From the NCBI GenBank assembly GCA_964252035.1, contig OZ176207.1: a stretch of 64,000 nt of DNA; one strand, 5' to 3'. Numbering within the stretch: the stretch's first letter is position 1; each line of letters opens with the position of its first letter. A program made the position numbers and the translations under genes. Shown piece after piece: positions 1-12,348 of the stretch. Under the pieces are notes generated by a model, which ran no database searches, was not told where the DNA came from, and saw only the letters and a list, made by a program, of their open reading frames with translations. The DNA comes from Podarcis erhardii (taxonomy: Eukaryota).

Positions 1-1275
1 AAGGTATGAAAATAAGCAGGAGATGTTATTACATAACAAACCAGAAGAGGAAGTTGAGGGAAGTTGCGGGGTGGGGGCGGGCAGGGAACTGTATTTCTTT
101 TTCTGTTTGAGACAATGTTATTGTGGTGAACATAAAACTTCAAAACTTAATAAAAATTATTTTAAAAAGAAAAAAAAAGACATTTACACCCACTGTATTA
201 ATGCTGCAAGGGACTTTTTTATGTGTTCTTATGACCAACAGGTGGTGGAAGGAGCGAGGCGCATTCCAGTGAGTGAGCCTGTCCATGGCTATTGTACTGG
301 TTTTAACCCTCTCACTAGTCAGAGCTGAAGGAGCTAATGGGCAGAGGGATTAGGAGAGGGAGGCTGGAGAAGATGAAACAGGTTTGAAAAGGCAACAAAC
401 CAGCTTAGGTTAGATTGCTTTTCAAAACTATTGGGATTTTATTTTTTAGAGTAAATGAAGAGATTTCACTGCTGAAATTCATCATTTACAACTTTTAAAA
501 GGGACACAGGTAATTTTCACCTGTGATCTCTGCTGTGGTTGATTTCAAATACTATGCACATATACCTTAATCAGGTATTTGTCCCTAAAAAGTGTAAGGA
601 GAAGCATTAAATTTTAAATTAAAAGGAAACCGAAGGAAAATAGAAGATCAAAGAAGACTTAATCCTAATAACAGAGGGACAGTAAATTGTAGACAGATGG
701 TGGACCTTGAGAAAGTCCCCCAAAAAAGAGTTTAGCCAAGCAAAATTTAAACTGAAAACTCAGAAAAATACCAAGATGGAGATGTTAAAGAGAATCAATG
801 AAATTTTTAAAAAAACTTAACTGGAAAAGCCAAGAGGAAATGAAGCTAAATGAAGGAATGCGAAGCGGGGAAAACAAGTTTTATTTACCTTTCAGACTAA
901 TTAGTCTTTGGATGAAAAGAAGGAACACATGGATATGAAGCCTGCTTAAAGCAGAGAGAAAATGAGGTGGGAAAATAGAAGGCATTTCTTTTAAAAGGCA
1001 AGTTGGGGGGTTTTGTTGCTGAAGCTAGAAATGTGCAAGTGGAGAGGGCAGGAAGCAAAGAATAAGGAAGAGGACAAATCCGCTCCTTCTGCTTTCGTGT
1101 TGACTTAGGATGCCTTGGAAGGAGAGAAAGACAGGTAAGATAAAAACTTGCTGAAAAGGCAAATAAAGTATTTTGAGGATGAACCTGCTGATGGCGGCTG
1201 GATAGTGACTGCTCAGAGACATGGCAAGTCCAGGATCCTGTGGGAAAGTGCTTTCTCTGAGGGAAGTTCCTGAAA

Positions 1276-1402
1276 GAGTAGAATGGCTAGAGTGATGGAT
1301 TAGGAACTGGGAGACTAGAGTTCAAATCCTCACTCTGCCATGAAACTCTCCATCTCTAAGCCTAACCTACCTCACAGGGTTGTTGTGAAGATCAAATGAG
1401 GA
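1276..1402 (+). mobile_element. Old tRNA-derived SINE fragment (MIR/Squam3-like)
   Basis: B-box-like GAGTTCAAATCC followed by cctaacctacctcacagggttgttgtgaagatcaaatgagg, typical of amniote core-SINE bodies. Confidence 0.6.
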
Positions 1403-1816
1403 AGCAGACTAGAACATCAACTCCACTAAGCCTTTCCAACAGAACCAGCAAGATTATGAAAAGATATGGGAAATAGAGCTCAAAAGGTAACTATGGAACA
1501 AGCCAGGCAAAATTACCTGTGATGCGTAATGTGGCTCTCTGGTGGTAATAACCAAGCTTTCGGGATTTTATTTGATTTTTGCTAAGTGTCTTCTTGGAAC
1601 AGCTATTTAGCATACAGCTCAGACAACACAAAGTGTTGACTTTATACAAACAAAAATATACAAACTTCTCACTTTGAAGCGATCATCACAGCTGAAGGAA
1701 GGTAACTACCAAGTACTCTTGTATTTTCAGAGGGGATGACAGGCTCAGATACCTCACAAGTAAACCCTAAATGCTACATCACAATGATAGCAGCAATATA
1801 GTTGTATACATTATGC

Positions 1817-2810
1817 CTGAAGGACATCTTAGTGAGTATCCCTTGCTTGGCTGGGAAGAAAATTTATGTTGTTTTCCTTCTGCAACTTTGTGCTTAGATT
1901 CTTTCCGGTTGCGGTGACTCAGTTGTCAGAAGAGGCCCTATTCTGTGCCACCACAATGAGGCTCCTGCATTCTGAATGTCCTGCTTTAGGTAAGTTCACA
2001 TTCCGCCACTCAGTGGTCTTTGTTCAAGACAATGTTTTTCACATTGGTCCCTCCTTTTTCTCATTTTCTTTTCTGCTGGTCTCTTCACAGGTCTCTCCAA
2101 AGAGCTCCCAACCATCTACTGAAGCCAACTCTTCCAGCAGAGTCCCAGAAGTCATGGTGGTAAGAAAAGCAGGGGTTTTTAAATAAAAAAATCTCTTTCT
2201 GTAGGATTGGTGGAAGGTGGCTGGGGACTAACTAGTGACTCTAGATCGCAGACCAAAAAAGGGGAAACCGCAAGACACACCCTCAGATGGACAAACAAAA
2301 GGGTGAACAATCTTCCTTCTTTCCACACAGAGGTTTAAGTCTGAATCTTGTCTCTCTGTTGTGCCCCTATAGATCAATGGCTCATCCAGCTTCAAACAAA
2401 AATGGTGGTCAAAATGGTATTCCAGGACTGAAGGACATTTAGGTGAGTGTGCCTTGCTTGGCTAGGGAGAAAATCTCTATTGTGTTCCATCTGCAATTCA
2501 GTGTGCTAAGACTCTTTCAGGTTGTGGTGACTCAGTTGTCAGAATAGGCCCTATTCTGTGTCACCACAATGAGGCTCACCTGCAGGTAGGAGAACACTTC
2601 TTCTTTTGTTCCAGCTCCTCTTTTCTTCAAGTTTCCCAGAGTTCACTCTACCTGAGGTGAGAGTCACCTGCATTTCGACTGTGCTGCTTTAGGTAAGTTC
2701 ACATTCCACCACTCACTAGTCTGTTTTCAAGACAATATCTTTTGTATTGGCCTCTCCTTTTTCTCATTTTCTTTTCTGCTGGTCTCTTCACAGGTCTCTC
2801 CAAAGAGCTC
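1817..2810 (+). repeat. Local diverged tandem duplication (copy 1 1817-2107, copy 2 2428-2810)
   Basis: Long collinear blocks are shared, e.g. gtgactcagttgtcagaa, ctgctttaggtaagttcacattcc and ctcattttcttttctgctggtctcttcacaggtctctccaaagagctc. Copy 2 carries an extra ~90-bp segment bounded by cacctgca. Confidence 0.9.
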
Positions 2811-3355
2811 TTCTTAACATCGTAAGGTTTTTTCCCCCAGAGAGAACATTTGCAGAGAACATTCGCAGAATGTTCCCTCAGGTTTTGCTTTTCACCTTGT
2901 TGCATTGCTCCAAAAAAAAGCAAAAGACACTGGTGGTCGGCAATCCTGGTTCCCAGGATGGGGTTCAAATCCCTGTGGTGTCCTTGCTAACTTCCAATGC
3001 AACCATCATGCCCCTCTATTCTTCCCTATATCCCTAACTTCCCAAAGTATTAGCATGGGAGGATTTTTGGGTCGTGATTTCAGTGAATAAGCTTGGTTCT
3101 GAACTCTGCCAAGGCATCAAAGGACCAAGTCAAGCAACTTTTGCACTGTGCCTGCTGCTCTAACGATGCTCCCCTGATGCACCACCAGCTGGATCATGTG
3201 GGTGCTTCCCAACCTAGCATTCCAGGTATGTATGTATGTATTTAATTTCTATATGGCATTATATTTTAAAGAAAAAAAAGCGGTTTACAGAATATTAAAA
3301 CATCAGTAAAACAATCTGAAGAAAGTAAAATATAGAGTATATTCTGTCAGATTTT

Positions 3356-5403
3356 TTTTTAATTTTTTATTAAGAGTTTTGTTGATACAGTAGAGAAAAG
3401 ACAGAATAAACAGATAATAGACAGAAAAAAGAACAAACATAAAATTTAACATCTTATAATACCCATCTTTTCTTCATCTTTTGGACTTCCTCACATCTCC
3501 CGCTCTTGCGTTCCAAATTATAAAACTTTAGCCAGCAACTTGTCACCTTGTTTCAATTCTTATTATACACATTTCCAATGTTTTGTCCCTAACTTTGAAT
3601 ATTTTTATCTAAGTCTTAGATACCTAATTTTAACACAATGTTTATTCAAAATTTCTTTTTTCTCGTAATATTCACTCATTCTCATAATCTTATCAACTAA
3701 CTTTATGGGCCCTGTTATTTTCAAATCTCTCATCCTTCTTAGCACTCATATAGTTTACAATGTTTTTGTAGATAGTCCTTGAATTTCTTCCAGTCCTCTT
3801 CCACGGTTTCCTCTCCCAGGTCTTGGATTCTGCCGGTCATTTCTGCAAGCTCCATGTAGTCCATCAGTTGCATCTGCCATTCTTCCAGCGTGGGCAAATC
3901 TTGAGTTTTCCAATACTTAGCGACGAGTATCCTTGCTGCTGTTGTTGCATACATAAATAATGTTCGATCATTCTTCAACACCCTCTGGCCAACAATGCCC
4001 AAAAGGAAGGCCTCTGGTTTCTTGGGAAAGGTATACTTAAATACCTTTTTCAGCTCATTATATATCATTTCCCAGAAGGCCTTAACCTTAGGGCAAGTCC
4101 ACCAGAGATGAAAGAACGTTCCTTCAGTTTCCTTACATTTCCAACACTTATTATCTGACAGGTGATATATTTTTGCTAGCTTGACTGGGGTCATGTACCA
4201 CCTATATATCATTTTCATAATATTTTCTTTCAAGGCATTACATGCCGTAAACTTCATACCGGTGGTCCATAACTTTTCCCAGTCAGCAAACATGATATTA
4301 TACCCAATATCCTGTGCCCACTTTATCATAGCTGATTTAACTGTTTCATCCTGTGTATTCCACCTCAGCAGCAAGTTATACATTCTTGAAAGTAATTTAG
4401 TCTTAGGTTCTAACAGTTCTGTTTCCAATTTCGATTTTTCCACCTGGAATCCTAACTTTTTATCCAATTTAAAAGCCTCTTTGATCTGAGCATAATGTAG
4501 CCAATCTCGCACTTTATCTTTTAGTTTCTCCAAACTCTGCAATCTCCAATTGTCTCCATCTCTTTCTAATATTTCCCAATACTTTGGCCATTTGACCTCC
4601 ATATTGGGTCTTTTCACTGCTTTAGCTTCCATAGGTGATAACCACCTCGGGGTCTTATTTTCTAATAAGTCTTTATATTTTGTCCAGACATTAAACACTG
4701 CTTTCCTTACAATATGGTTCTTGAAGTCCTTGTGAATCTTAACCTTGTCATACCACAGATATGCATGCCATCCAAAAGCATTATTAAATCCTTCCAAATC
4801 TAAAACATCAGTGTTTTCAAGAAGCAGCCAATCTTTCAGCCAGCAAAAAGCTGCTGATTCATAGTACAACCTTAAGTCTGGCAGGGCAAACCCCCCTCTT
4901 TCTTTAGCATCAGTTAATATTTTAAACTTAATTCTGGGCTTTTTGCCCTGCCAGACAAATTTAGAGATATCTCTTTGCCACCTCCGGAAACACTCCATTT
5001 TGTCCACAATCTGTAGAGTCTGAAAAAAAACAGCATCCTTGGCAATACATTCATTTTTATAGCAGCAATTCGGCCCAACAAGGAAAGTTTCAATCTTGAC
5101 CAACTTTCTAAGTCCCTCTTGATTTCTGACCAGTACTTTTCATAATTGTCCTTAAATAAGCTCAGATTCTTTGCTGTTATGTTCACCCCTAGATATTTTA
5201 CTTTTTTAACCACATTTAACTCTGTCTCTTTCTGAAACCTTTCTGACTCTGAAGTTGTCAAATTTTTTTCCAGTACCTTAGTTTTTTGTTTATTTAGTTT
5301 AAATCCCGCCACCCGACCAAAGTCTTGAATCAATTGTAATGCCCTTTTTGTACTAGATTCTGGCTCCTGTAAGGTCAAAACTAGGTCATCTGCAAAAGCC
5401 TTA
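3356..5403 (-). mobile_element. 5'-truncated L1-clade LINE with poly(A) tail and 17-bp TSD
   Basis: T-rich tail at ~3352-3370. TSD atattctgtcagatttt at 3339-3355 and 5404-5420. The body encodes the C-terminal part of ORF2. Confidence 0.93.
3739..5403 (-). pseudogene. L1 ORF2 remnant (RT C-terminal part to Cys/His zinc-binding region), one frameshift
   Basis: Starts at KAFADDLVLTLQEP (RT FADD motif), then includes VKYLG, KMNVLPR, GGFALPDLRLYY and CWKCKETEGTFFHLWWTCP. ORF-track pieces 4914-5378 and 3739-5103 join across a T8 run at 5023-5030. Confidence 0.92.
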
Positions 5404-5420
5404 ATATTCTGTCAGATTTT

Positions 5421-6337
5421 AAAAATGAGATACTGACACAAATGCAAAAGCAGAATGAAAAAGTTGTAGTGGAATTGGGGAAGAACACAAAAATGGTCAC
5501 AGAAGTGTCTAGCAAATTAGAAGCTTTGGACATTTCTGTGTAAAACTTAGAAAAATTGAAAAAGAGAACAAAGAAATTAGAGGGTAACAAGAGATAATAA
5601 GGGGGGTATGAGAGGTTTAGCTGGCAGACAGGATCAATTTGAGGATTGTCTCGCGGTCTTAGAGATTAGACAAAAATCTAATGTTTTGCGAATAAGAGGC
5701 CTTCCAGAGGCAGAGGGGGAACAGATTCTTTAAAAATACATAGCCAAGACAATTGCAGATTGGTTGGGAGAGGAACAGGAGTATGTTAAAGGATCTATGG
5801 ACAGTTGCTACAGTGTCCAGTCTAAAGGCTATGAAACAGCCTGGAGACTGTTTGGTAACTTTTAACTCTTAAGAAATTGAAGGATGCTATAGTACAGAAC
5901 AATTATGAAAACAGACTCTAGGTGAACAGAAACCCTGTGGCTATGTTTAGAGAGATACCTCCCCATTTGCTTCAAAACGTCTTGATTAGAGTCAATATTA
6001 AATTTGGGTGGAAAGTCCCAGAAGGAATTTCCTTTACATACAAGAAAAAAAAAAAGATACAGATTGGTAAATGAAGAGCAGGCACAGGAATTCTGGCTAA
6101 GACATGGCAGAGATTTTGACAACCCATACACTCCACAGGACCTGTTAGAAGAAGTAGGAGGAGCAGGGGAAGGAGCAACGGAGGGGATATAGATAATTTA
6201 GAGAACCAAGACAACACAAAACTTTAGGCAAGACTTTAGGGGGGAAGACACAAGCAAACATAACGGCAGACTTAAAGGTACTGAGTTGGAACATAAACGG
6301 TCTAAACAGTAAAGTAAAAAGAAAGAATGTCATGAAT
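5421..6337 (+). mobile_element. Older decayed L1-clade fragment: ORF1-like region plus start of the ORF2 endonuclease
   Basis: Coiled-coil-like stretch (KNEILTQMQKQNEKVVVELGK...), LRIRGLPEAEGE and WKVPEGISF motifs with stops and frameshifts. At 6263 the frame reads TADLKVLSWNINGLNSKVKRK, the APE-endonuclease N-terminal motif. Confidence 0.75.
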
Positions 6338-7014
6338 ACACCGGCTCCCAGGGAAGAAGTACAGGCAGAGGGAGAAAGCAGACAGGAAGAGAGGGGGTTA
6401 AATGCAGGACTAGATGAGTACAATCAGGAGTCCTTTCCCCAACCCTCAGGAATGTCGACTGGAAACAGCCCTGATGGCAGACAGACAGCCGTTTGCCAGC
6501 CAATCAGTGGAGTTCAAATTACAGAGATGCGTAGCAGCTGCAGCTGGGAGAGGGGGAACGAAGATGGAAGCTCCGTGTCTGGGAATGAGAAAGGGGAGGG
6601 GGCTGACACCCTTAGATCCCGCTCTCATCAAATAGGCGGCCTTCAGGACAGATCACATCACAAGAGGAGGCTGGGCTACTTTTGGTTTCACCAGAAGAAG
6701 CCTCCTCAGTAGGAACATCTTCACTGATGGACGGATGGGAGCGTTCACTGCTCCATGAACTCCAGGGCAGTATGGGAAGAAGAAGAGGAGGAGGAGGAGG
6801 AGGAGGAGGAGGAGGAGGAATGATGCTCTGGTGTAGATTCACTCTCAGTTTAGACAATGGTTGTCAGGGTTGGGAAGTGTACGATCAAACATTGGGGTGG
6901 GTCCAGAAGACTTGCGATGAATAGTGTTGCCCTCATGCCAAACACCAGTGGAGGAAGTGGGAAGATCATTATCAATTATTCCTCCTTCCCCATGTAGCCC
7001 CTGCTCTTGTGACA
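6328..7014 (+). mobile_element. Possible solo LTR
   Basis: Begins tgtca and ends tgaca (5-bp inverted termini). Purine-rich with a CCAAT motif, and it cuts the L1 endonuclease frame. No TSD confirmed. Confidence 0.35.
6785..6819. repeat. (GGA)n microsatellite
   Basis: Perfect GGA run, read directly. Confidence 0.97.
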
Positions 7015-7428
7015 GGGCCGCCTTTTCCTGGGGGTGCTAGGGGTGCATTACCCCAGGGCGCCGAATTCTGTGGGGTGCCCGCCTCTGAAGCCGCCTAAGC
7101 TGTTAACCGCAACCCCCGCGTGATTGCGTTCGATGGCTCATTTCCATTCTCTATTGTGAAATAGCTGCACAATCAACATATCCAGGGGTGCCCCCTAGTG
7201 GTGTCTTTCATTTTAGCATGATTGCAAAAATGGAAAGACGGCGGTATCGCAGATGTTTTTTACTTTTTTATGTTTGTGGTTCTTGCTGTCCCCCCCTTAA
7301 AAGCAAAAAACTCTGAGCTGCCCCTCTTAAAAAAAGCTGAACAACTTTGACCTGCCCCCCCCAAAAAAATTGGGGGGCGTTGGGCGAATTTTTGCACCCT
7401 GGCGCCGCATATGCTAAAGACTGCCCTG
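7013..7428. mobile_element. Non-autonomous hAT-like DNA transposon
   Basis: Imperfect TIRs cagggccgcctt / aagactgccctg and a GC/CpG-rich interior. No 8-bp TSD found. Confidence 0.55.
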
Positions 7429-8920
7429 ATTATGTCTAAATTGATCTTGCAAGTGCATAGGTTTTCCAAGCTTAAACTCCTACAGAAGTGTGAAAGGATT
7501 TCCCTCCCCAACATTATTTTCACATGTGTGGTTTATAGTCACATCTCTTTCAGATGCAAACTAGGGGCAATCAGGAAAGGATCAGCTTCATTTGCATTTG
7601 TGTGTTTTTTTTAAAAAAAAAAAAAACCATGCCTGCTTACAAAAGGGTGTGATTTGAGGCAGTCATGTGGATATTTCTTCCTTCCCATGATTAGCTGGCA
7701 AACAATTCCTCTTTGCTACACCATGTTTGGTTGGTTTTTTTCCTGAAAGAAAATAATAATATGTTCCCAGTTGCATATCTCTGCTAGTGCAGTTGCTGTT
7801 TGCTTTAAACTATTATCTTGAACTTCAGTTTTGCCTCATGTTTTCCTTTGGGACTGAGACACAAACAGGTTTGTGTGATTAAAAACCATTTGTATAAAGA
7901 TAATCCTGGATTAAATTATATCTGATTTCTTCATATCTTATCAGCAGGGATTTAACCAAGTGCCACTCAATAGGATTATCAAAATATTTTAAAGTTTCCA
8001 GGTATCCTTCATTCAACATCTGTGATGCAGGAGCTGTAAAATCTTCCCCCCTAGCACTCAGTGCAGAAGCAAATATTTCAAATATAAAATAGATAATAGA
8101 ATGAAATGAATTCCACCCCCCCCAAAAAAAGTCTTTTGTGTGGTTGTTCTCTGAATATTCTCTGTGAGTGCAAATTTGCTAAGCTATGAACACTTCAGTT
8201 GACAGAACCAGACGAGAATTTGCAAAGCCTCTGTATAACTGAAGCCTCTTCAGAATAGCTAAAATCTGACCATAAAGGAGGTAGGATTAAATTCAAACTC
8301 CTCTTCCTCTTCTGTCTATGGTCAATGTAATTTCAACTTGTTTGAAAGGGTTCCACATGAGTATTGCCAACCAAAAAAGGGAAATCCCACAAAAGCCTAC
8401 ATTTAACCTGCTTGGGTAAATGATTTTTATGCAGCTGGGAGTTTGTGCATCACTGATTGTTGCATGTCTGTGGCACTCCTAAATGGAATGGGGCATTTGT
8501 GTTATTTGACTGCAAACTGCATCTGCATCTACGTTTTGTGATATCTGACAATAGCGATCAGTATTTGGGCAGCATATGACATGTAGCAATCAGCAGTTGA
8601 CAGTTGGTAGCCAGCATTTCACAGTATCTGACATGTTGTGATGGATAAAACTTGACATGGAATTTTGTTCAACCATAATCGTGAATGTTTAATTTAGGTG
8701 TCAAAATTCAGTTCTGCAATTCAAATCACAACATCAAATGTTGATGGTCAAATTTTGACAAATGTTGAATTTCAAATTTTCAAAAGTGGCTGACTTTTGA
8801 AATTTTGCAAGCTACTTCTGCCCTATTTTCAGCAATTCCACACACACTTCCAGTGCAACCCCCCCATTTTCATTCTCAAGAGAGACTTTTCAGCAGGTAT
8901 AGTAGAAAAGAAGGGCTCAA

Positions 8921-8923
<3 letters not shown>

Positions 8924-8976
<53 letters not shown>
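8924..8976. repeat. (GA)n microsatellite
   Basis: Perfect GA run, read directly. Confidence 0.98.
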
Positions 8977-8977
<1 letters not shown>

Positions 8978-9710
8978 CATGTTGCATGAGCAGCCTTCCA
9001 TTCACATATAACATTTGGATATAATTCAGCGAAATGCCATTGTGTTTCTCTGTAACCAATAAAGGGGAAATGGCAAGTCCTGAATACTGATGCTCCGTTT
9101 CTACATGATAAATAGAAGGGCAGAGATAAATCCCATTTACAATGCACACAAACTATTTCATAGCCTATAAATGAAATATTGGTCTTCTTCCAACGTAGCT
9201 GAGCATGAAAAGTCATGTGTATTTTGCCAAGCAAATAATGTCATATTTCACCACAAAAATAACATCAAAACCTTATATCAAAGCATGCAGAATGTGAAAA
9301 GGAAATGTAATAGTCAATGTTTTATAATTTATTATTGCATTTCGTTATATGAAATGCAGTGCTCCTGATAGTAATAGGAAAATTGGGTGCTACTTACAGC
9401 TTTATTTCTTCAAGAGTTTCTTTTCAGGCCTTTGATCATAAAAAGCTTCTGATGAAACTATTTTATAACCATATTAAGATGTAATTAAACATTTCAGTTG
9501 ATCAGCAATGATGGGAATGGGAGGATAATGAAACAATGGATATAATACAATCTGACAAAGGTTAGATATGTACCATACTCACTGCACGTATGCTGGGAAG
9601 CTCTTATGGGCCTCCTGTAAATAGATCTATCTTCTTAAAGAGGCCATCCCACTGATCTAAGATACATTGGCACAATGATTCAGAATTGGCAACATGTCCT
9701 TCCTTTATGG

Positions 9711-10164
9711 GAGTGGTAGTCAGCTGGGTTTTGCTCAAAGTAAGGTAAAGATAAAGGGACCCCTGGGGTTGCAGCACTCATCTCACTTTATTGGCCGAGG
9801 GAGCCGGCGTACAGCTTCCGGGTCATGTGGTCAGCATGACTAAGCTGCTTCTGGCGAACCAGAGCAGCACATGGAAACGCCATTTACCTTCCCGCTGGAG
9901 CGATATCTATCTATCTACTTGCACTTTGACATGCTTTTGAACTGCTAGGTTGGCAGGAGCAGGGACCAAGCAACGGGAGCTCACCCCGTCGCGGGGATTC
10001 AAACCGCCAACCTTCTGATCGGCTAGTCCTAGGCTCTGTGTTTTAACCCACAGCGCCACCCACGACCCTTTTTTTGCTCAAAGTAGGTCCACTGAAAGTA
10101 AGCGTTTTAGGTCCATTAATTTTGGTAGGCCTACTCTGAGTACAACTCAGCTGAATACTACCCC
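9711..10164. mobile_element. Palindromic hairpin repeat (MITE-like) interrupted by a Sauria SINE
   Basis: Left piece gagtggtagtcagctgggttttgctcaaagta and right piece ...ctctgagtacaactcagctgaatactaccc are inverted-complementary. Same family as 21026-21138. Confidence 0.7.
9743..10068 (-). mobile_element. Sauria SINE (Squam1), near full length, 14-bp TSD
   Basis: tRNA-derived head, central gcagttcaaaagcatgtcaaagtgcaagtagata and (ACCTTT)-type tail on the minus strand. TSD ttttgctcaaagta at 9729-9742 and 10072-10085. Confidence 0.92.
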
Positions 10165-11335
10165 ATGGTCTCCCTCAAGCTGTTCCAGATTTAGAAAATA
10201 CCATAGAAATGGATGCAAGCAAGTTTAGAATGACCGCTCCCCGCTTAAAACAGGGGGGCGCCCTTTGCGTGGACGCGTGCAGCCCCTAGATCTGGAGCGG
10301 CTCCATCAGCATAGGCTTGGCTTTGCCTTCCCTCAGGTGGAATGCAGTTCCTGTCCAAATGCATGACCAATTTGCAGATAAAGATCTTTTCCCACTCTCA
10401 TCAACAATTACTAAGAATTCAGGTATATTATTATTCAATCTTTCAGAGATTCAGGCTATGATTAAAGCAAATCGTAGCCTCTCATTTCTTCTTATTTAAT
10501 TGTAACTAGAGTGATTGACTTGAGTCAGAAGTTTCATATTTTTCTTTGATCTGGGCTATATTACTAAAATATGAAATTTAGGATTAATTTTATTAGACAC
10601 CCCCCTGCAAATTTTATAATTAAGGCAAAAGGCAGAGACATGGGGATACAACAGAAAGGTAATACTAGATGCAGGCAAGAAATGAGCAAGCTTAGGAATT
10701 AAACTGAGTCATTTTTTTCCGGAGACCCTGACTTCCAGTGTTCATGCTTTGAATCATTATCATGTAATGAATCGTTATCATGCAATATTAATATGGCACA
10801 TGGCTTTTTTACTTGTTAGGTGATGCGGTATTATAAACTTTTAATTATGGAAAAGGAAATTAAAGTTAATGACTTCTTAATGTAAAAGCCTTTAGTCAGA
10901 GAAGGAAGTTGCCATAAATGTTAATAAGTAATTTTTCGAGGCTCATGAGTCATCTAATCGGAAGGGAAGAAAATATACGTTTGCATTCATTAAACCCATT
11001 TGTTTATAGAAACTCATGAAAGAACGTGGTCTCTACTGAGCCCTGGGAATATACTAAACATTTGGATTTAGCCATGTGATGCTGGTGTGTGTATAGAGCT
11101 AAATCATACCTGTCTCCAGAATTAGAAACCAGGCAAAATGTTCAATGACGATAAAAGCTGTAAGGGCATCTTCCAGAAGGGCCAGCAGTTTGAGGCTCTT
11201 GAAACCCATTATTACAAAGGATTGTCTATGTCAATATCACTGTTAGGGGTTTCTCAGGTTAAGATCTGTGACTGACATCAAATAAAATTCAGAAGCAATC
11301 CTTAATGTAAGACATCTGCAATGATATATAATAAA

Positions 11336-11462
11336 TAATAATAACAATAATAATTTATTATTTATACCCCACCCATCTGGCTGGGTTTCCCCAGCCGCTC
11401 TGGGCAGCTTCCAACAAAATATTAAAATACATTAGTCCTTCAGATATTAAAAGCTTCCCTAA
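11336..11462 (-). mobile_element. L2-type LINE 3' tail
   Basis: Reverse complement of the tail seen at 30020-30140 (gctgcccagag...cagccagatgg...aaataataa). Confidence 0.75.
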
Positions 11463-12348
11463 AGTCAGTGTTCTTTCTGTAAATGTACTTTCCATACCTT
11501 TACATTATTCTGTTTTGTTCAAAATGCATCAGTGACATTGTTCAAATAAAAAACTTGGTGTCTCCTTGCCCAGGGCCAGAAATTCAGTATGTGGATGTAT
11601 TTATCTGGAATGGCAAATCAAGTTAGCACCAACAATGTGTTCATTTGATTTTTTCAATGCCAGGTCCTTGAAAAGTTATTATTGTCATGTCTATTGCCTA
11701 AGTGTACAGCATTCAAACATATCTATTATGTCACTTTTTGACCTTCGAATATATGTATACAACCAGCAAAATGCTTACACCGAATAAAAAAGTAGACAAC
11801 AGCATCACTTAAAAATGGTACTCATAAGACTACAAATTCGTCATATATATACTGTATTGGGCATTGTCTCACAAATATCCGATCCTTGTATCTTGAAGCA
11901 TCACCACTGGCAAAGTTCAATGCTGCGTTTCAGCTTCCACATGCAACAGAAATAAAAAACAACCTTTGCCCGCAGAATGAGTCCCTGCATGAACTGAGAC
12001 CATGACAGTCAGATCTGCCAAATACAGCTGACATAACCAGTGCTAAACAAACATCTTAGGTGGTCAATCAAAGTGTAGTCAGCAGGAAAGCCCCTGTTCC
12101 AGATGCCTAAAATCAAAAGTGAAAACCTAAACATGAGTGGGGCAAAACAATTATTTTCAGTCACTGCCAAGTAAGATCAGGACTTCGTTGGTTGCTTTCA
12201 AAGCTCAGGATGGAGCTTAATATAGATGGTATTCCCTGGGACAATCTTGATCCACATTGTTGAGAACAATCTTCCACAACCTGCTCCCTTCTAGACGTGG
12301 TAGTCCACAACACCTGGAGGGTACCATATTGACCAGCCTTGGTTTAGT

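Noticed and set aside
600-1000. Purine-rich stretch as a coding region or L1 ORF1
   Set aside because: Frequent stops and no diagnostic motif; at most a very decayed repeat.
3356-6337. Single L1 with twin-priming 5' inversion (minus-strand ORF2 plus plus-strand ORF1)
   Set aside because: The 17-bp TSD closes at 5404-5420, and the plus-strand part is far more decayed, so these are two separate insertions.
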